Part shown: in pieces, positions 1 through 10,900 of the stretch
Layout: every line of letters starts with the position of its first letter
Numbering within the stretch: position 1 is the stretch's first letter
Source of the DNA: Promethearchaeota archaeon
GTDB lineage: Archaea > Asgardarchaeota > Lokiarchaeia > Sigyniarchaeales > SOKP01
Assembly (NCBI GenBank): GCA_011364925.1
Contig: RDOA01000003.1
Location: 32,001 to 96,000 of the forward strand
Length of the DNA: 64,000 nt
Direction: 5' to 3'
Notes under the pieces: model-generated
Told to the model about the DNA's origin: nothing
Seen by the model: only the letters and a program-made list of their open reading frames with translations
The model's database searches: none
Program-made: the position numbers and the translations under genes

Positions 1-2045
1 TGGAATGTGTCTAACACAGCGTTTTCAAGTTTATATCTAATGAGCACGCCAGAAACGGGATAAAGGTACAACCTTATTATCAATTTCCCGAACTGTGAAC
101 ACTTAATAGTCCCGTTATCCCTCAATGTAATTAAGCCTTTTTCAAACAAGTAATTTAACACATATTGGTTCTTAACTGACTTAGGAACGATATCAATCAC
201 GTACTTTTGAAAATTGTTATCAGGAACATTTATTAAATGCAGTAAAAATGCTGTAATGTGATCGCAGAACTCAAACATAAATTGTTCGTTAGCGTAGTCG
301 TTAGATATACCGTTTTGAAATCCGCACGAACATCGGATGCCAACATCCGTGTCGAATTCGGTATAAAATAATCCGAAATTGGTCCTTACATATCCTGATA
401 TATTTGATTTAGATAGCTTTGTAATTTTTATCTGGTGGTGATTGCTTTTTAATTGTTGAACTTTTTGAGGATCGGAATGGAGTTTTAAAATATTAATTGG
501 AGTGATTTCTTTAATCATAAGCAATTCGTCGATCGGAATCCCTTGTTGACCCATTTTATCTTTTATTCCGTACCAAAAGTAAGTTTTTTGGAAAAACGCA
601 TTCAATTTCTCCAGATTGATATTTTTTTCTTCGTAAATTCGAAGGAGCACTTGTTCTTTTAATGTGTGTATCCGATTTAGCCCCGAAATTAGATCGTTAT
701 ACTTAGGTTTATAGGTTCGCGATTGTGAAACGATTTGGAAGTAATGGTCTTCTACCCAATCTTTCTCGTCTATATCGTTTACCAACAAGTAACCAAATCC
801 TTCATTATCTAAACCGGGTCGACCGGCTCGACCAAGCATTTGAAATATTGCATTAGCAGAAAAAGGTATGAAATAGGAAAATCCATCTCCGTTCTCGTAA
901 TAACCAGAGAAATTTTTTATGTTGTGCCCAGAGGTAACATATTTCTTAAAGTCTTTGACTATAACTACTCGGCTAGGGAGGTTTACCCCAGCGCTTAAGG
1001 TGGTTGTAGAGCAGATGACTTTAATAATACGTTTACGATACGCATCTTCTATTAATTTTCTCTCTCGTGGAAGTAAGCCCGCATGGTGGAAAGCAACGCC
1101 GAATTTTACGAGTTTTTTAAGTTCAGAGTGTCTTCCTTTAATATTACTTAGTCTATTTTCGACCCTTTTACAAGCTTTAAGTTCAGATTCGGAGATATGA
1201 GATTTAACCAAATTTTTAAGGTTTGCTGCCATCTGATGCGTTGATTTTCTTTTATTTAAAAAGATTAATATTTGACCTCCGTTATCTAAAGTAGCTTTGG
1301 TTATTTTTTTTATTGTGGAATCTTTATTTTGGGTCGTCTCAATTCTGTATTGGAGAGGAACAGGTCGATCATCTGATGTGATGAGCGTTGTTTTATTTCC
1401 AAGAGAAGATAGCCATTCGTTAAAAAATTCAGGATTTGCTATCGTTGCTGAAAGTCCTATAATCTGAGGATTGTTCAAAAACTCGTTTAACCTTACGATT
1501 AACGACTCTAGTCGGGGTCCTCGAGATCCACTGGCGTCGCCAAGGATGTGAATCTCATCAATAATGATTGTTGAAATGTTAAAAATCCATTCTTGATCGC
1601 TAAAATTTCGTAATATTGAATCCATTTTTTCGTACGTAGTTACTAAAACATCCACATTCGCAAGTCTTGAATCGTCTATATCGTAATCTCCAATAGACAA
1701 CTCGATTTTAATCCCAAATCTGTCGTAACTTTTTTTAAAGTGTACATATTTTTCAGTTGCTAACGCTTTGAACGGAACAAGATAAATACTTTTACCGAAT
1801 TTTTGAAAAACATTATTTACTGCGCAAATCTCACCTATAAGAGTTTTACCGGATCCTGAAGGAGCGCAAACCAAAAAAGACTTTTGGAAAAATATGCCTT
1901 TTCTAATAGCTTCTTTCTGAATGTCACGTAACTTAAATATCTTTAACTCGAGAAGAACTCTTAATATCCTCTCGTCAGTAACGTATTGAAAAATCTCATC
2001 TGTTCTCTTTTTTTCTTTGGTCGGTTCCGAGTCGGTAAATTTCAT
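1..2045 (-). CDS. Ski2/Hel308-like DExH helicase with inserted SWIM zinc finger (3' end runs off the window)
   Basis: Absent from the ORF track. Manual translation from ATG 2045 gives Q-motif LRDIQKEAI, Walker A APSGSGKT, VPFKALA, TTYEK, DEIH, GLSAT, FHHAGL, TTTLSAGVNLP and QMLGRAGRPG. A CxC-x19-CxH motif lies at 332-258. Confidence 0.9.
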   Translation of the reverse strand, partial: MKFTDSEPTKEKKRTDEIFQYVTDERILRVLLELKIFKLRDIQKEAIRKGIFFQKSFLVCAPSGSGKTLIGEICAVNNVFQKFGKSIYLVPFKALATEKYVHFKKSYDRFGIKIELSIGDYDIDDSRLANVDVLVTTYEKMDSILRNFSDQEWIFNISTIIIDEIHILGDASGSRGPRLESLIVRLNEFLNNPQIIGLSATIANPEFFNEWLSSLGNKTTLITSDDRPVPLQYRIETTQNKDSTIKKITKATLDNGGQILIFLNKRKSTHQMAANLKNLVKSHISESELKACKRVENRLSNIKGRHSELKKLVKFGVAFHHAGLLPRERKLIEDAYRKRIIKVICSTTTLSAGVNLPSRVVIVKDFKKYVTSGHNIKNFSGYYENGDGFSYFIPFSANAIFQMLGRAGRPGLDNEGFGYLLVNDIDEKDWVEDHYFQIVSQSRTYKPKYNDLISGLNRIHTLKEQVLLRIYEEKNINLEKLNAFFQKTYFWYGIKDKMGQQGIPIDELLMIKEITPINILKLHSDPQKVQQLKSNHHQIKITKLSKSNISGYVRTNFGLFYTEFDTDVGIRCSCGFQNGISNDYANEQFMFEFCDHITAFLLHLINVPDNNFQKYVIDIVPKSVKNQYVLNYLFEKGLITLRDNGTIKCSQFGKLIIRLYLYPVSGVLIRYKLENAVLDTF

Positions 2046-2296
2046 TAACGAGATTTACAATCACCAAGATCTATTACATGTTCTTAACTTATCTCCAAAT
2101 TTAAAGAAAAAAAAAAAGTGTTCGTGCCAAAGTACAAGCCCATCTAATAAGGATTAGAGATACAGATGTTTATGACATTTTGGGCTAAAATTTGACAAGA
2201 ACAATCTAGGGTGTATCTAATATTTAATACAGAGAATCTATATAAACAAAAATTTTATCTGAACTTGTCTAATTTGTCTAAAATGGAAAAATCTCT

Positions 2297-2749
2297 CTAT
2301 ATATGTATTAATAGAATGAATTGAAAATTTCTATTTATTTTCACGATATGATATGGTTGAGTTAAAGCCATTGTCACGCAATCAAATGGCGAGGGACTTG
2401 TTTCTCTTATGTATACCCATCTAAACAACCCACTTTCTCTAGTACTAGTAATTTCAATACGATAACCTCCAGTAACACGTTCTCCCATAAAAACGGCAAT
2501 AACTAGATGAGAATTGAAATTAACATATGGAGGTTCCGAAGAAGACGAATGAACTTTTTGCCATAATTCTTCCCATTCTTGTTGTGTTTGAATGATGTAA
2601 TCGCATCTTTCACGATGAGCACCAAAATATCCTAGTTCAATAGTTTCAAAATTTAAATTAGCTTTAGTAAAGGGTAAAAAAGCAACTAATATACTGAACG
2701 AGGTGATTAAAGAAACTAAAATGTAATTATAGTAAAGCGATTTCATCAT
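2297..2749 (-). CDS. Exported PrcB C-terminal-like domain protein
   Basis: N-terminal hydrophobic helix; VNF...VIAVFMGERVTGGYRIEI...VTMALTQPYHIVKI pattern. Confidence 0.7.
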   Translation of the reverse strand: MMKSLYYNYILVSLITSFSILVAFLPFTKANLNFETIELGYFGAHRERCDYIIQTQQEWEELWQKVHSSSSEPPYVNFNSHLVIAVFMGERVTGGYRIEITSTRESGLFRWVYIRETSPSPFDCVTMALTQPYHIVKINRNFQFILLIHI

Positions 2750-2819
2750 GATTTATACATTCATGTAAACTTAAATTTTTTTGTTTAAATATAAAGGCTA
2801 CATGTGATCTTCGATCCCT

Positions 2820-4538
2820 ATGACAAATGTGTTTGAAAATGCTCAGAGATTAGATGCCGAAGAACTCAAGGAAAAACCACTAAAATCGGATTTAACGGAA
2901 GATTTAACTATAATTAATGGAATTGGTCCCAGTACCGCTTCAAAGTTAAATAAAGCTAATATCAACACGATCAAACAGCTTGCAGATATTACGCCGAGTG
3001 AGCTTTCAGTAATTTCTGGGGTTAGCATCAATGCAGCACAAAAATTCATATCTGAAGCCAAAAACCTTCTTCCTGGATACGATTTTGAAACATTCGATGT
3101 TGCAGAGATATATTTTGAAGAGAAATTCCTACAAGAAGATAGTAATGGAGACTCAGAAATGTTCACATCTTCTCAACAAGAGGATCCCTCAATTTCAGAA
3201 AATCAATCGCAAGAGCATGAGTTAGTGATCGAGCAAATCCAAGATCGATCTCAGGAACAAATGGAAAATACATTCAATGAAGAATCTTTTATGGTTGAAG
3301 AACCTATATTCTTAGAAGAAGACTCTCGTGAAGAAACTCCGCTTGTTCCTGAGATACATGAAATGCAGGAGATTGAAACTATTCCGGAAGCATTCGAATC
3401 ATCAACAGAATTAGATATATTTGAGAATATGGTCGAACAATCGTTGAGAGCATCAGGATACTATATAATTCCAAATTCAATTAACTCATTAAACTCTATT
3501 ATGGATAATATTGACTATCTTGGATGTAAAGTTGTTCGCGTTTCGAGAAGTATCAACCACATTATCATAATTCCAATTAAGCTTTTAGATGTGGAAGAGA
3601 CCGTTTTAGTTAATGAATCGCAACTAAATTCTACTAATGTCGATTCTAGGAATAGGATACGACATTGTTATAAAGATTTATTAAAAACTGGAGATTTAAT
3701 ATTCGATGATATTTTGAACGACAATAAGCTCCGGGAATTCTTTCAAAAATATTTGCAGGTGAACTTAATACTTGAAAAAAGCGTAGAAAACAAAAAATTA
3801 TTTTTCATATCTGGTCAAACTCAGTATAAGATATTAATCGAACCAATTCTGGTCTGTAGAACGCCCCCAAGATGCATGGAAAAATCCATTTTGTTTCCAT
3901 ATCAAAGAAATACCAATGTTCATGTCGTGCAACACTCTTATTTATCCCAACTATTAGATTTTATAGAGCAAAAATACGGTTTTATCGAAACTCGCGGAAA
4001 AAGTTCGAATCCTGTCGAGGATTACCAGAAAAAAGACCATAAATTTCGAACAAACGTACGAGTCATTTCAATTCCGGTAATAGGCTATGCTATTGCGTTA
4101 GCAGTTATTTATTTCGCGGAACTCTATTTCTTGCTTAGGCTATTTAATAGTATTGGGTTTGCTATCGTAGGGATTTATCTCACAATGTTAAGCTACTTAT
4201 ACTCCAAGTCTTATAAAGCGAAAAAACAACTCGCCCTCGAATTTGAAACGCCGTATTACCTGCAAAATTTAGAATTTAGCGAAGCTGATTTATTAGAGTT
4301 TAAAGATATGTTCTCTACTGAGCTTTTAACGCAATTTGGGTACGAATGTTTTGGAAAAGAGAAGAGGTTCAAAGTTTTAGATAAGGTTGAGCAAGAAGAT
4401 TATATGAACAGCCTTCAGAAACATAAAAAAGAAGATATGTCTCATATCGTACACGAATCGAATAAAACTAATAAAAATTTTTTAACAGACGAAAATCCCG
4501 CTTATAACAGTAAGTATCTCTCATTCTTAGAAGATTAG
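2820..4538 (+). CDS. Helix-hairpin-helix protein with acidic linker and C-terminal TM hairpin
   Basis: INGIGPSTASKL and ISGVS HhH motifs, long E/D-rich linker, two hydrophobic helices near aa 415-460. Confidence 0.75.
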   Translation: MTNVFENAQRLDAEELKEKPLKSDLTEDLTIINGIGPSTASKLNKANINTIKQLADITPSELSVISGVSINAAQKFISEAKNLLPGYDFETFDVAEIYFEEKFLQEDSNGDSEMFTSSQQEDPSISENQSQEHELVIEQIQDRSQEQMENTFNEESFMVEEPIFLEEDSREETPLVPEIHEMQEIETIPEAFESSTELDIFENMVEQSLRASGYYIIPNSINSLNSIMDNIDYLGCKVVRVSRSINHIIIIPIKLLDVEETVLVNESQLNSTNVDSRNRIRHCYKDLLKTGDLIFDDILNDNKLREFFQKYLQVNLILEKSVENKKLFFISGQTQYKILIEPILVCRTPPRCMEKSILFPYQRNTNVHVVQHSYLSQLLDFIEQKYGFIETRGKSSNPVEDYQKKDHKFRTNVRVISIPVIGYAIALAVIYFAELYFLLRLFNSIGFAIVGIYLTMLSYLYSKSYKAKKQLALEFETPYYLQNLEFSEADLLEFKDMFSTELLTQFGYECFGKEKRFKVLDKVEQEDYMNSLQKHKKEDMSHIVHESNKTNKNFLTDENPAYNSKYLSFLED

Positions 4539-4663
4539 CATCTCAATTTAATTTAAAATTAATTATTCATACTTATTTTTACTTAGGACTCCTTATTATT
4601 ATAATAATGAATAAATAAATTTCTAATACTACAAAAAAGACAATCGTTAAAATAATTAAACAG

Positions 4664-5611
4664 ATGACGCAAAAAATAGTCTTAATAATCGGGTACCCGG
4701 CTTCTGGAAAAACCGTAGCTGCTAAAAAGTACGTAGATCAAGGTTATCACCGCTTAAATCGCGACGAAATAGGGGGCAAATTAGATGATCTTGTTGATCA
4801 CTTAGAAAGATTACATAAAGACAAGGGGATATCTAATTTCGTCATGGACAATACATATTCGACTAAAAAATCTCGTGAGAGCGTTGTTCGATGGGCTCGT
4901 GAAAATAATTTCGAGATAGTGTGTGAGTGGATTGATCTAGATGTGGGAGACGCTCTCTATAACGCCGCACAAAGAATGATTAACACATACGGAAAAATAT
5001 TGACTCCCGAACAAATTAAGAATTGTAACGACATAGGAGTTTACCCTCCAGTGGTGATTTACAAGATACGGAAAGCTTTTGAAGAACCGAATATTGAAGA
5101 AGGGTTCAATAATGTTGTAAGAGTTAAATTTAAGCGAGAATTAGATAAATCTGTATATACAAATAAAGCAATTGTGTTAGATTATGACGGAACATTAAGA
5201 ACGACAAAATCGGGGGAAAAGTATCCTAAAACTCCCGACGACATTAAAATCCTTCCTAATAGAACTGAAATCCTAAAAAGATACGTAAAGGAAGGATATT
5301 TATTGTTAGGCGCTTCGAATCAATCTTTTGTTTCTAAAAAAGTAATGACTGAAGAACAAGCAATCGAATGCTTTGATAAATCAAATAAATTGCTAGATTT
5401 GAATATAGATTATAAGTTTTGCCCACACCCTTCGTATCCTCAGATTTGTTATTGCCGAAAGCCTATGCCGGGAATGGCTGTGGAGTTTATAGAAAAATAC
5501 AAGTTAGATCCATCGCAGTGTATTATGGTTGGAGATTCGAAAACGGATAAAACCTTTGCTAACCGTTGTGGATTTCAATACATTAAACCTGAAGTGTTTT
5601 TCAATAAATAG
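4664..5611 (+). CDS. Polynucleotide kinase / 3'-phosphatase (P-loop kinase + HAD-IIIA)
   Basis: GYPASGKT, NRD and DNT kinase motifs; DYDGT, SNQ, CRKP and MVGD HAD motifs. Confidence 0.85.
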   Translation: MTQKIVLIIGYPASGKTVAAKKYVDQGYHRLNRDEIGGKLDDLVDHLERLHKDKGISNFVMDNTYSTKKSRESVVRWARENNFEIVCEWIDLDVGDALYNAAQRMINTYGKILTPEQIKNCNDIGVYPPVVIYKIRKAFEEPNIEEGFNNVVRVKFKRELDKSVYTNKAIVLDYDGTLRTTKSGEKYPKTPDDIKILPNRTEILKRYVKEGYLLLGASNQSFVSKKVMTEEQAIECFDKSNKLLDLNIDYKFCPHPSYPQICYCRKPMPGMAVEFIEKYKLDPSQCIMVGDSKTDKTFANRCGFQYIKPEVFFNK

Positions 5612-5632
5612 CAACTTCTTCTGATTCTTTAA

Positions 5633-6130
5633 TTAATTGTGAGGTGGCAAATAATGTTCATTAGATGAAATGATGGTTCCATTTATAAGATAATAGTTGA
5701 TTGCTTTTTCCCAATGTTTCATTTGTTGATTAAAACTCTCCTCAGTAAATTTCTCCACTTCAGCATTTCCTCTTTCAGTTAAACCTGTCTTAGTGTACCT
5801 AATGGTTGTTTTAGTATGCTTATTATCATGATTTACTAATTGAATATTAATACTAACAACCATTATGCTAGGAATAACATATATCATTTCAATCAGACTA
5901 TTTGGATTGTATTTTGTGATAATCCAAGTGATTGATACATCACCATGGAAAGTTTGAAAAATTGCTCCATCTTCTGAAATTCCTGTTGAAGAATAAACGA
6001 TTTCTGCTTTAAAATGTGGAAGCCATTCTGATTCCCTAACAGGACATAATAAAGGAAATACTTTTTCAGGTTGTCCTGCATTCATTTGTATATATTCACG
6101 CGTAATCCTTTTTGATAGAAATTTTGACAT
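5633..6130 (-). CDS. SRPBCC/START-like protein
   Basis: PEKVFPLLCPVRESEW and C-terminal W-x-x-A-I-N-Y-Y-L helix. Confidence 0.65.
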   Translation of the reverse strand: MSKFLSKRITREYIQMNAGQPEKVFPLLCPVRESEWLPHFKAEIVYSSTGISEDGAIFQTFHGDVSITWIITKYNPNSLIEMIYVIPSIMVVSINIQLVNHDNKHTKTTIRYTKTGLTERGNAEVEKFTEESFNQQMKHWEKAINYYLINGTIISSNEHYLPPHN

Positions 6131-6312
6131 GAGTAAACTTTGTGTTTTTTTTTATAAAATTATCTTTTAGAATGAATAGCCATTTATTAACCTCTAAGCG
6201 TTAGAAATGTTTTTTGAGAGATTGACTACATTTAAATTTTTTATTAGAATTTTTTCCTTTATATATTTCTACCCTCTTATATGATATAGGAATTATAAGA
6301 GTTTAGTTCAAT

Positions 6313-7062
6313 ATGCCGATAAATTTTAAGTCAGTTTGCAAAGGACTATTTGTAATTGGGTTACTACTGGGATTTGTTTCTGTCTTCTTAGATTGGTATT
6401 ATTTACAGGGTATTAGTGATTCTGGAGAAACAGTAGTGTGTTGGATTTACAATGTTTTGTTTGACTGGAGCACCCCCTTTTCCGAGGGTGCGTTCTTCAA
6501 CGAAACGTACCAACCAAAGAACGCAACAATGCCGGTTTTGATTATTATAGTTTTTCTTATTACACTGTTCGTGTCTACCTATTCTGTGTTATTTCACGAT
6601 GTTGAACGAGGAGATAAGTTGTTAAAAGTAAGAAAATTTAATTTCGTAAACTTGTCATTGGTGATGTTATTTGGTTTCTTTATATTAGTATTCCCTTTAT
6701 TTTTTTTGTTGCCAAACGGCCTTTATTACCCGTATTTATTGTTTCATGATTACGATTTAAACATCACATTTTACTATTCAATTGGTCCTGGCTATTTTAT
6801 TCAGTTCATCTCTTTTAGCTGTACGTTTCCCTACGCTTTATTTAATCACTCTGTCATTACTACTTTCGATAAGGAACAATCCAGCGTAGAAAACACAGTT
6901 AATCGATACATTTCAAGCGTTCGGGAGGAGTTGGATTTAGACAAACTTATCGCCAAGGAAGAATTCGAGCTTGAATCGACAAATAGTACCCAAAGTCAAG
7001 TTCCTAAAAGTCAAGAGGAAGAAATTTACGAGGATTTTTTAGCAACTAGGGGGAGAAAATGA
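6313..7062 (+). CDS. Four-TM membrane protein, first gene of operon
   Basis: Four hydrophobic segments, acidic tail; ATGA overlap with next gene. Confidence 0.75.
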   Translation: MPINFKSVCKGLFVIGLLLGFVSVFLDWYYLQGISDSGETVVCWIYNVLFDWSTPFSEGAFFNETYQPKNATMPVLIIIVFLITLFVSTYSVLFHDVERGDKLLKVRKFNFVNLSLVMLFGFFILVFPLFFLLPNGLYYPYLLFHDYDLNITFYYSIGPGYFIQFISFSCTFPYALFNHSVITTFDKEQSSVENTVNRYISSVREELDLDKLIAKEEFELESTNSTQSQVPKSQEEEIYEDFLATRGRK

Positions 7063-7913
7063 ACGAACAACTGTTGGACTTAAAATTAAAAAGGTTGATT
7101 CAACTTTGTAGAGAAACTCAAAACTATAAAAAGTTAGCGGTTGTTAGTTTTGTTCTTACAAGTAATACAGTTGACGAGATCGGGATTAAGCTTGGGATGA
7201 GACCGAGAGAAAAAAATGCTGGCGAAAAGATTTTTGAGTATATGGAGCTCGTGAACAAAGTTTTTTCACTCAATTTTAATATAAAGGTGTTTAAACCTGA
7301 GATTGTCGAAGGGCTCTCCCAAATCGAACTTCTATTCCTCAAAAAAGAAGGGGAAATAGGATTAGAATACATAAGAGAAGTTTTTGGTATTTACTACGAA
7401 CTTAGGAAGCTAGAAGTTCCTAATTTGCACGAGAACTTAAACTCAGACATATTAGATCGGAATAGGGCAATATCGTTATTTTCGTTCTTATCTGGAGGGC
7501 AGAGCTCGCGAAAGAATAAAGACGGGGCGTTTAATCCGATCCTTCTGCACAAAATTAGAGAAGAAGAAAAAGCTCTCCAAATTCAGCTCGAGCGAGAGTT
7601 CGATAAGGACACTTTCGAGAAGATCTTACACCTCAAAACTATGAGAAAAAACATCGAGCACCGTTCCAAGGGAAAAATTGTTATTTCCGGCTCATTAAAG
7701 GACAATATATCCTATAGGCAATCAAAAGAAAGAATTGGACAGTTTTTAATCTTCGGACTGATTGTATTATTCGCTATGATTGGAATTATAACTGCAATCG
7801 AATCATTCATGTATGGTGTGTTATCAGAAGCTATTGGTTATAACATGCTTATCTGTTTTGGAGCAATAATCGTGCTCTATTTTATTAATAAAAGCTACTA
7901 TAGGAGAGGGTGA
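7059..7913 (+). CDS. Helical protein with two C-terminal TM helices
   Basis: 284-aa ORF translationally coupled on both sides (ATGA, GTGA). Confidence 0.75.
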   Translation: MNEQLLDLKLKRLIQLCRETQNYKKLAVVSFVLTSNTVDEIGIKLGMRPREKNAGEKIFEYMELVNKVFSLNFNIKVFKPEIVEGLSQIELLFLKKEGEIGLEYIREVFGIYYELRKLEVPNLHENLNSDILDRNRAISLFSFLSGGQSSRKNKDGAFNPILLHKIREEEKALQIQLEREFDKDTFEKILHLKTMRKNIEHRSKGKIVISGSLKDNISYRQSKERIGQFLIFGLIVLFAMIGIITAIESFMYGVLSEAIGYNMLICFGAIIVLYFINKSYYRRG

Positions 7914-10900
7914 TAAATAGTTTGGTAAAATCGTACGCGCACATGTTAAAAAATTCAGATAAAAAGAAAGGTAAAACTTTTTCGGCAGAATTTACTAAAA
8001 TAGACGACCAGGAGAAGAAATTTTTAAAGATTTGGAAAGTTAATCCGTCTTATAAGGACATAGAAAAAAAAGAAACTCTCCTTAAGACGGGTTCTCTAAC
8101 AATCCTTGGATTTATATTTTTTAGCTGTGCGCTATACGCAACGAGGAACCTTGTTTTATCGATTATCATTACTTCTATTATCGTGATTAGTTACGTTGTA
8201 GTATTTCATAAAAGTATTTTTAGCTTGAAACATGTTTTCGAGTTTAAATCCTTCGATCCTTTTCAAAAACTCGTATTCTGGCAACCAATATACGACAAAT
8301 CCATCTTATTTTTTACTAATCATAAAGACTTGACTACAACAGGAATGAGAATATTTCAGATCAAAGTTATCCCTGAAAACGTTCACGCAAACTTGAAACG
8401 ATTCATTAAAGGTTTGCATGCCGTAAAAGTGCCGTATTCTTATCAAATTATTCAAAAGCCTTTGCAAATTGCTAATGACACGCGTTCTGGGGCACAGATT
8501 TCTTCGTTCGAAACCTTAATCTACTTCAGCACTTTTTACTTCTTCAATGGGAGAGTAACCGAATCAAAAATGCTAAAACTCGTCGAATCATTGCGAGAGT
8601 ACACAGTATCTTTACAATCAGCTTTTGCTTCTAACTTTCACCACTTTAAAATCGCGCTTTTAACTGAGTCAGAGTTGATAGAAGTATTTAGAAATTCGGT
8701 TTTGAAACAAAATATAGGAATAGAAAACGAATCTACTAACGCCTCACATAAGCCTTATACGCATGAAAAAGTTAATTCTATTATAAAGCTTATTTATATT
8801 CTTTCGATCGTAATATCTCTTGATTTCTTTCTTTTAATTTTAAGCTTCCCTATAGGAATCCGGATATTGTTAATCGCTTTTATTATAGCAAGCTCAATTT
8901 TAATTTGGTGGCGTGAGTTGCTGTTCCAAGTTAACAAAGGAAAGCTGTTTAAATCGAAAGATATTGAAGTTCTGGCTCCCTTTTCGGGAATTCAGTTCTA
9001 TAAGTCTAGTAAAACGCCAGAAACTCTTTTTTTCAAGGCCAAGGGAAGTTTAATTGGAGGATTAAAGATGCTCAATCTTAATTTTAGTTATCCTCCTTCT
9101 TACTGTTCTCCCGATAAATTTTACGCGGCGTTAATTAGGGATAGTATGCCCTTTACAGTTACTTTTCAGTTAAGACCGTTAACCTTCAGCCAATTTGATA
9201 AAGAGGGATTTAAATACTTAAGAGATAACATAAAGAAAAAGCTGCTTTCTAAAACAGAAAAGTTCATTGACGGTAATAATTGGCTTAGCTTACGTTCGGG
9301 AATTTGGAGCACTATCGGAACGTATTCCACATGCGTAGTGTTTAATTCTCCGGATTTCACCTATGAGTTAGTGGATAAGATGGAACAAAAGCTAATTACC
9401 CAAAAAACGGTTCTATACAACACATTTAAGCAATTCTTCACTAATTTCGAAATTATTCCTCTTAGACATAATAAATTGGAGGCGGGGTTTCTGTTCGAAA
9501 ATTTGAAAAATAAGTTTTTCTTAAGAAATGGAACTCATCTAAATTACATATTATACCAAGGTATAAACTTATGTTATATAGCAGCGTTATCTGACCAATT
9601 TAAAAAGGGAGTAGAAACAAAGTTAGCAACAGAATTCAATACACCGTTACAATTAACTAACTACGTTACGGTAGGAAATACGATTAATACCGAATTCCTT
9701 GAAGGAGAAGTCCCAGCAGGATTTCTATTAAATCAACTACGAAACATACTTATCACAAATGGAACTTACTCGAATCGAGAATTACTTGCTCAAAAAATCG
9801 TAATCGAACTAGTTAAAATGGGACATAACGCGGTAATCTTCGATTTTACGGGGAACTGGTCTAAAGTTATGAATTGGTTTAGAGGAACTCGATATGAAGA
9901 TCAATTCATATACCATAAATTAGGCAAAACATTTGTGATCAATCCTCTTCGTTCTGGGATTCCTTACGATACTGATAATCCAGGATTTTTAGATTACATG
10001 CTCGATGTATACGCTATGTGCTTTAAAAAAGATGAAAAAACTATAGAAACTTTTAGGAACACCATCTTACGCAACCCAGATATCGATGTCTCCACACTCG
10101 TTTTGGATTTAACTACTATGCGTGAATGGGATAAGTCTGCTGTAACTGACACGTTGCTTTCTTTTTTTAAAGAATTTACGCCACACGATTCGAATTTTAT
10201 TCCCCAGCAACAAGTTGATACTCAGGATAATACTTTTGCTTACGAATTTATCACTAATGATAAAACGGTAATAATTGACCTTTCAGATTTAAACGATTAC
10301 GATAAACAATGCTATTTCTCTTTTGTAGCAATTTCTAAATTCATTCACTATTTAAAAACTGGAAAATCCTTTAATCCCAAATTTATAGTGATGCCGCACA
10401 TTGACATCATCTTCGATGGATTTTTCCTTGAAAGTAAAATTCAGTACGGTAAAATTGATAAGTTTTTCAGACCACTACTTGAAAACAATTTTGGGACTAT
10501 ATTCTCTGCGTCTCAGATTAGGTATCTTCATACCAATGTGTTTAACTTCTTAGTTAATATTGTGGCATTTCGGGCAACCGATAATCGAGACATCGCAGTA
10601 TTTAACGGTCAGATGAACTTAGAGAGCCTTCATGGAGTAGGGTACTACAGCACTAGTAGAAACGAAGGATATCAAGCGAGGTACATTGGGAACATGAAAC
10701 AAGACGAAGCCGTAGTTAAAAGAGATGATATTTATCAATCTTTTCCTGTTAAGTTTGATTTAGACGACATTCGAAATATGGAGCCGCTATCCTGGCAAGA
10801 AATCGTAAGTTATATGAAAAATCAAGGCTACGATCTTGAGAATACTGAACGAAAAGTCATGAAGAGGGCTCAGACAACGCTATTTGAATCCGATTTCGCG

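Noticed and set aside
919-1200. Track ORF on + strand, and the many other short ORFs antisense to or nested in long genes (e.g. 2843, 7124, 12626, 23983, 24763, 35884, 40476, 54077)
   Set aside because: They are shadow frames of well-supported genes and carry no motifs of their own
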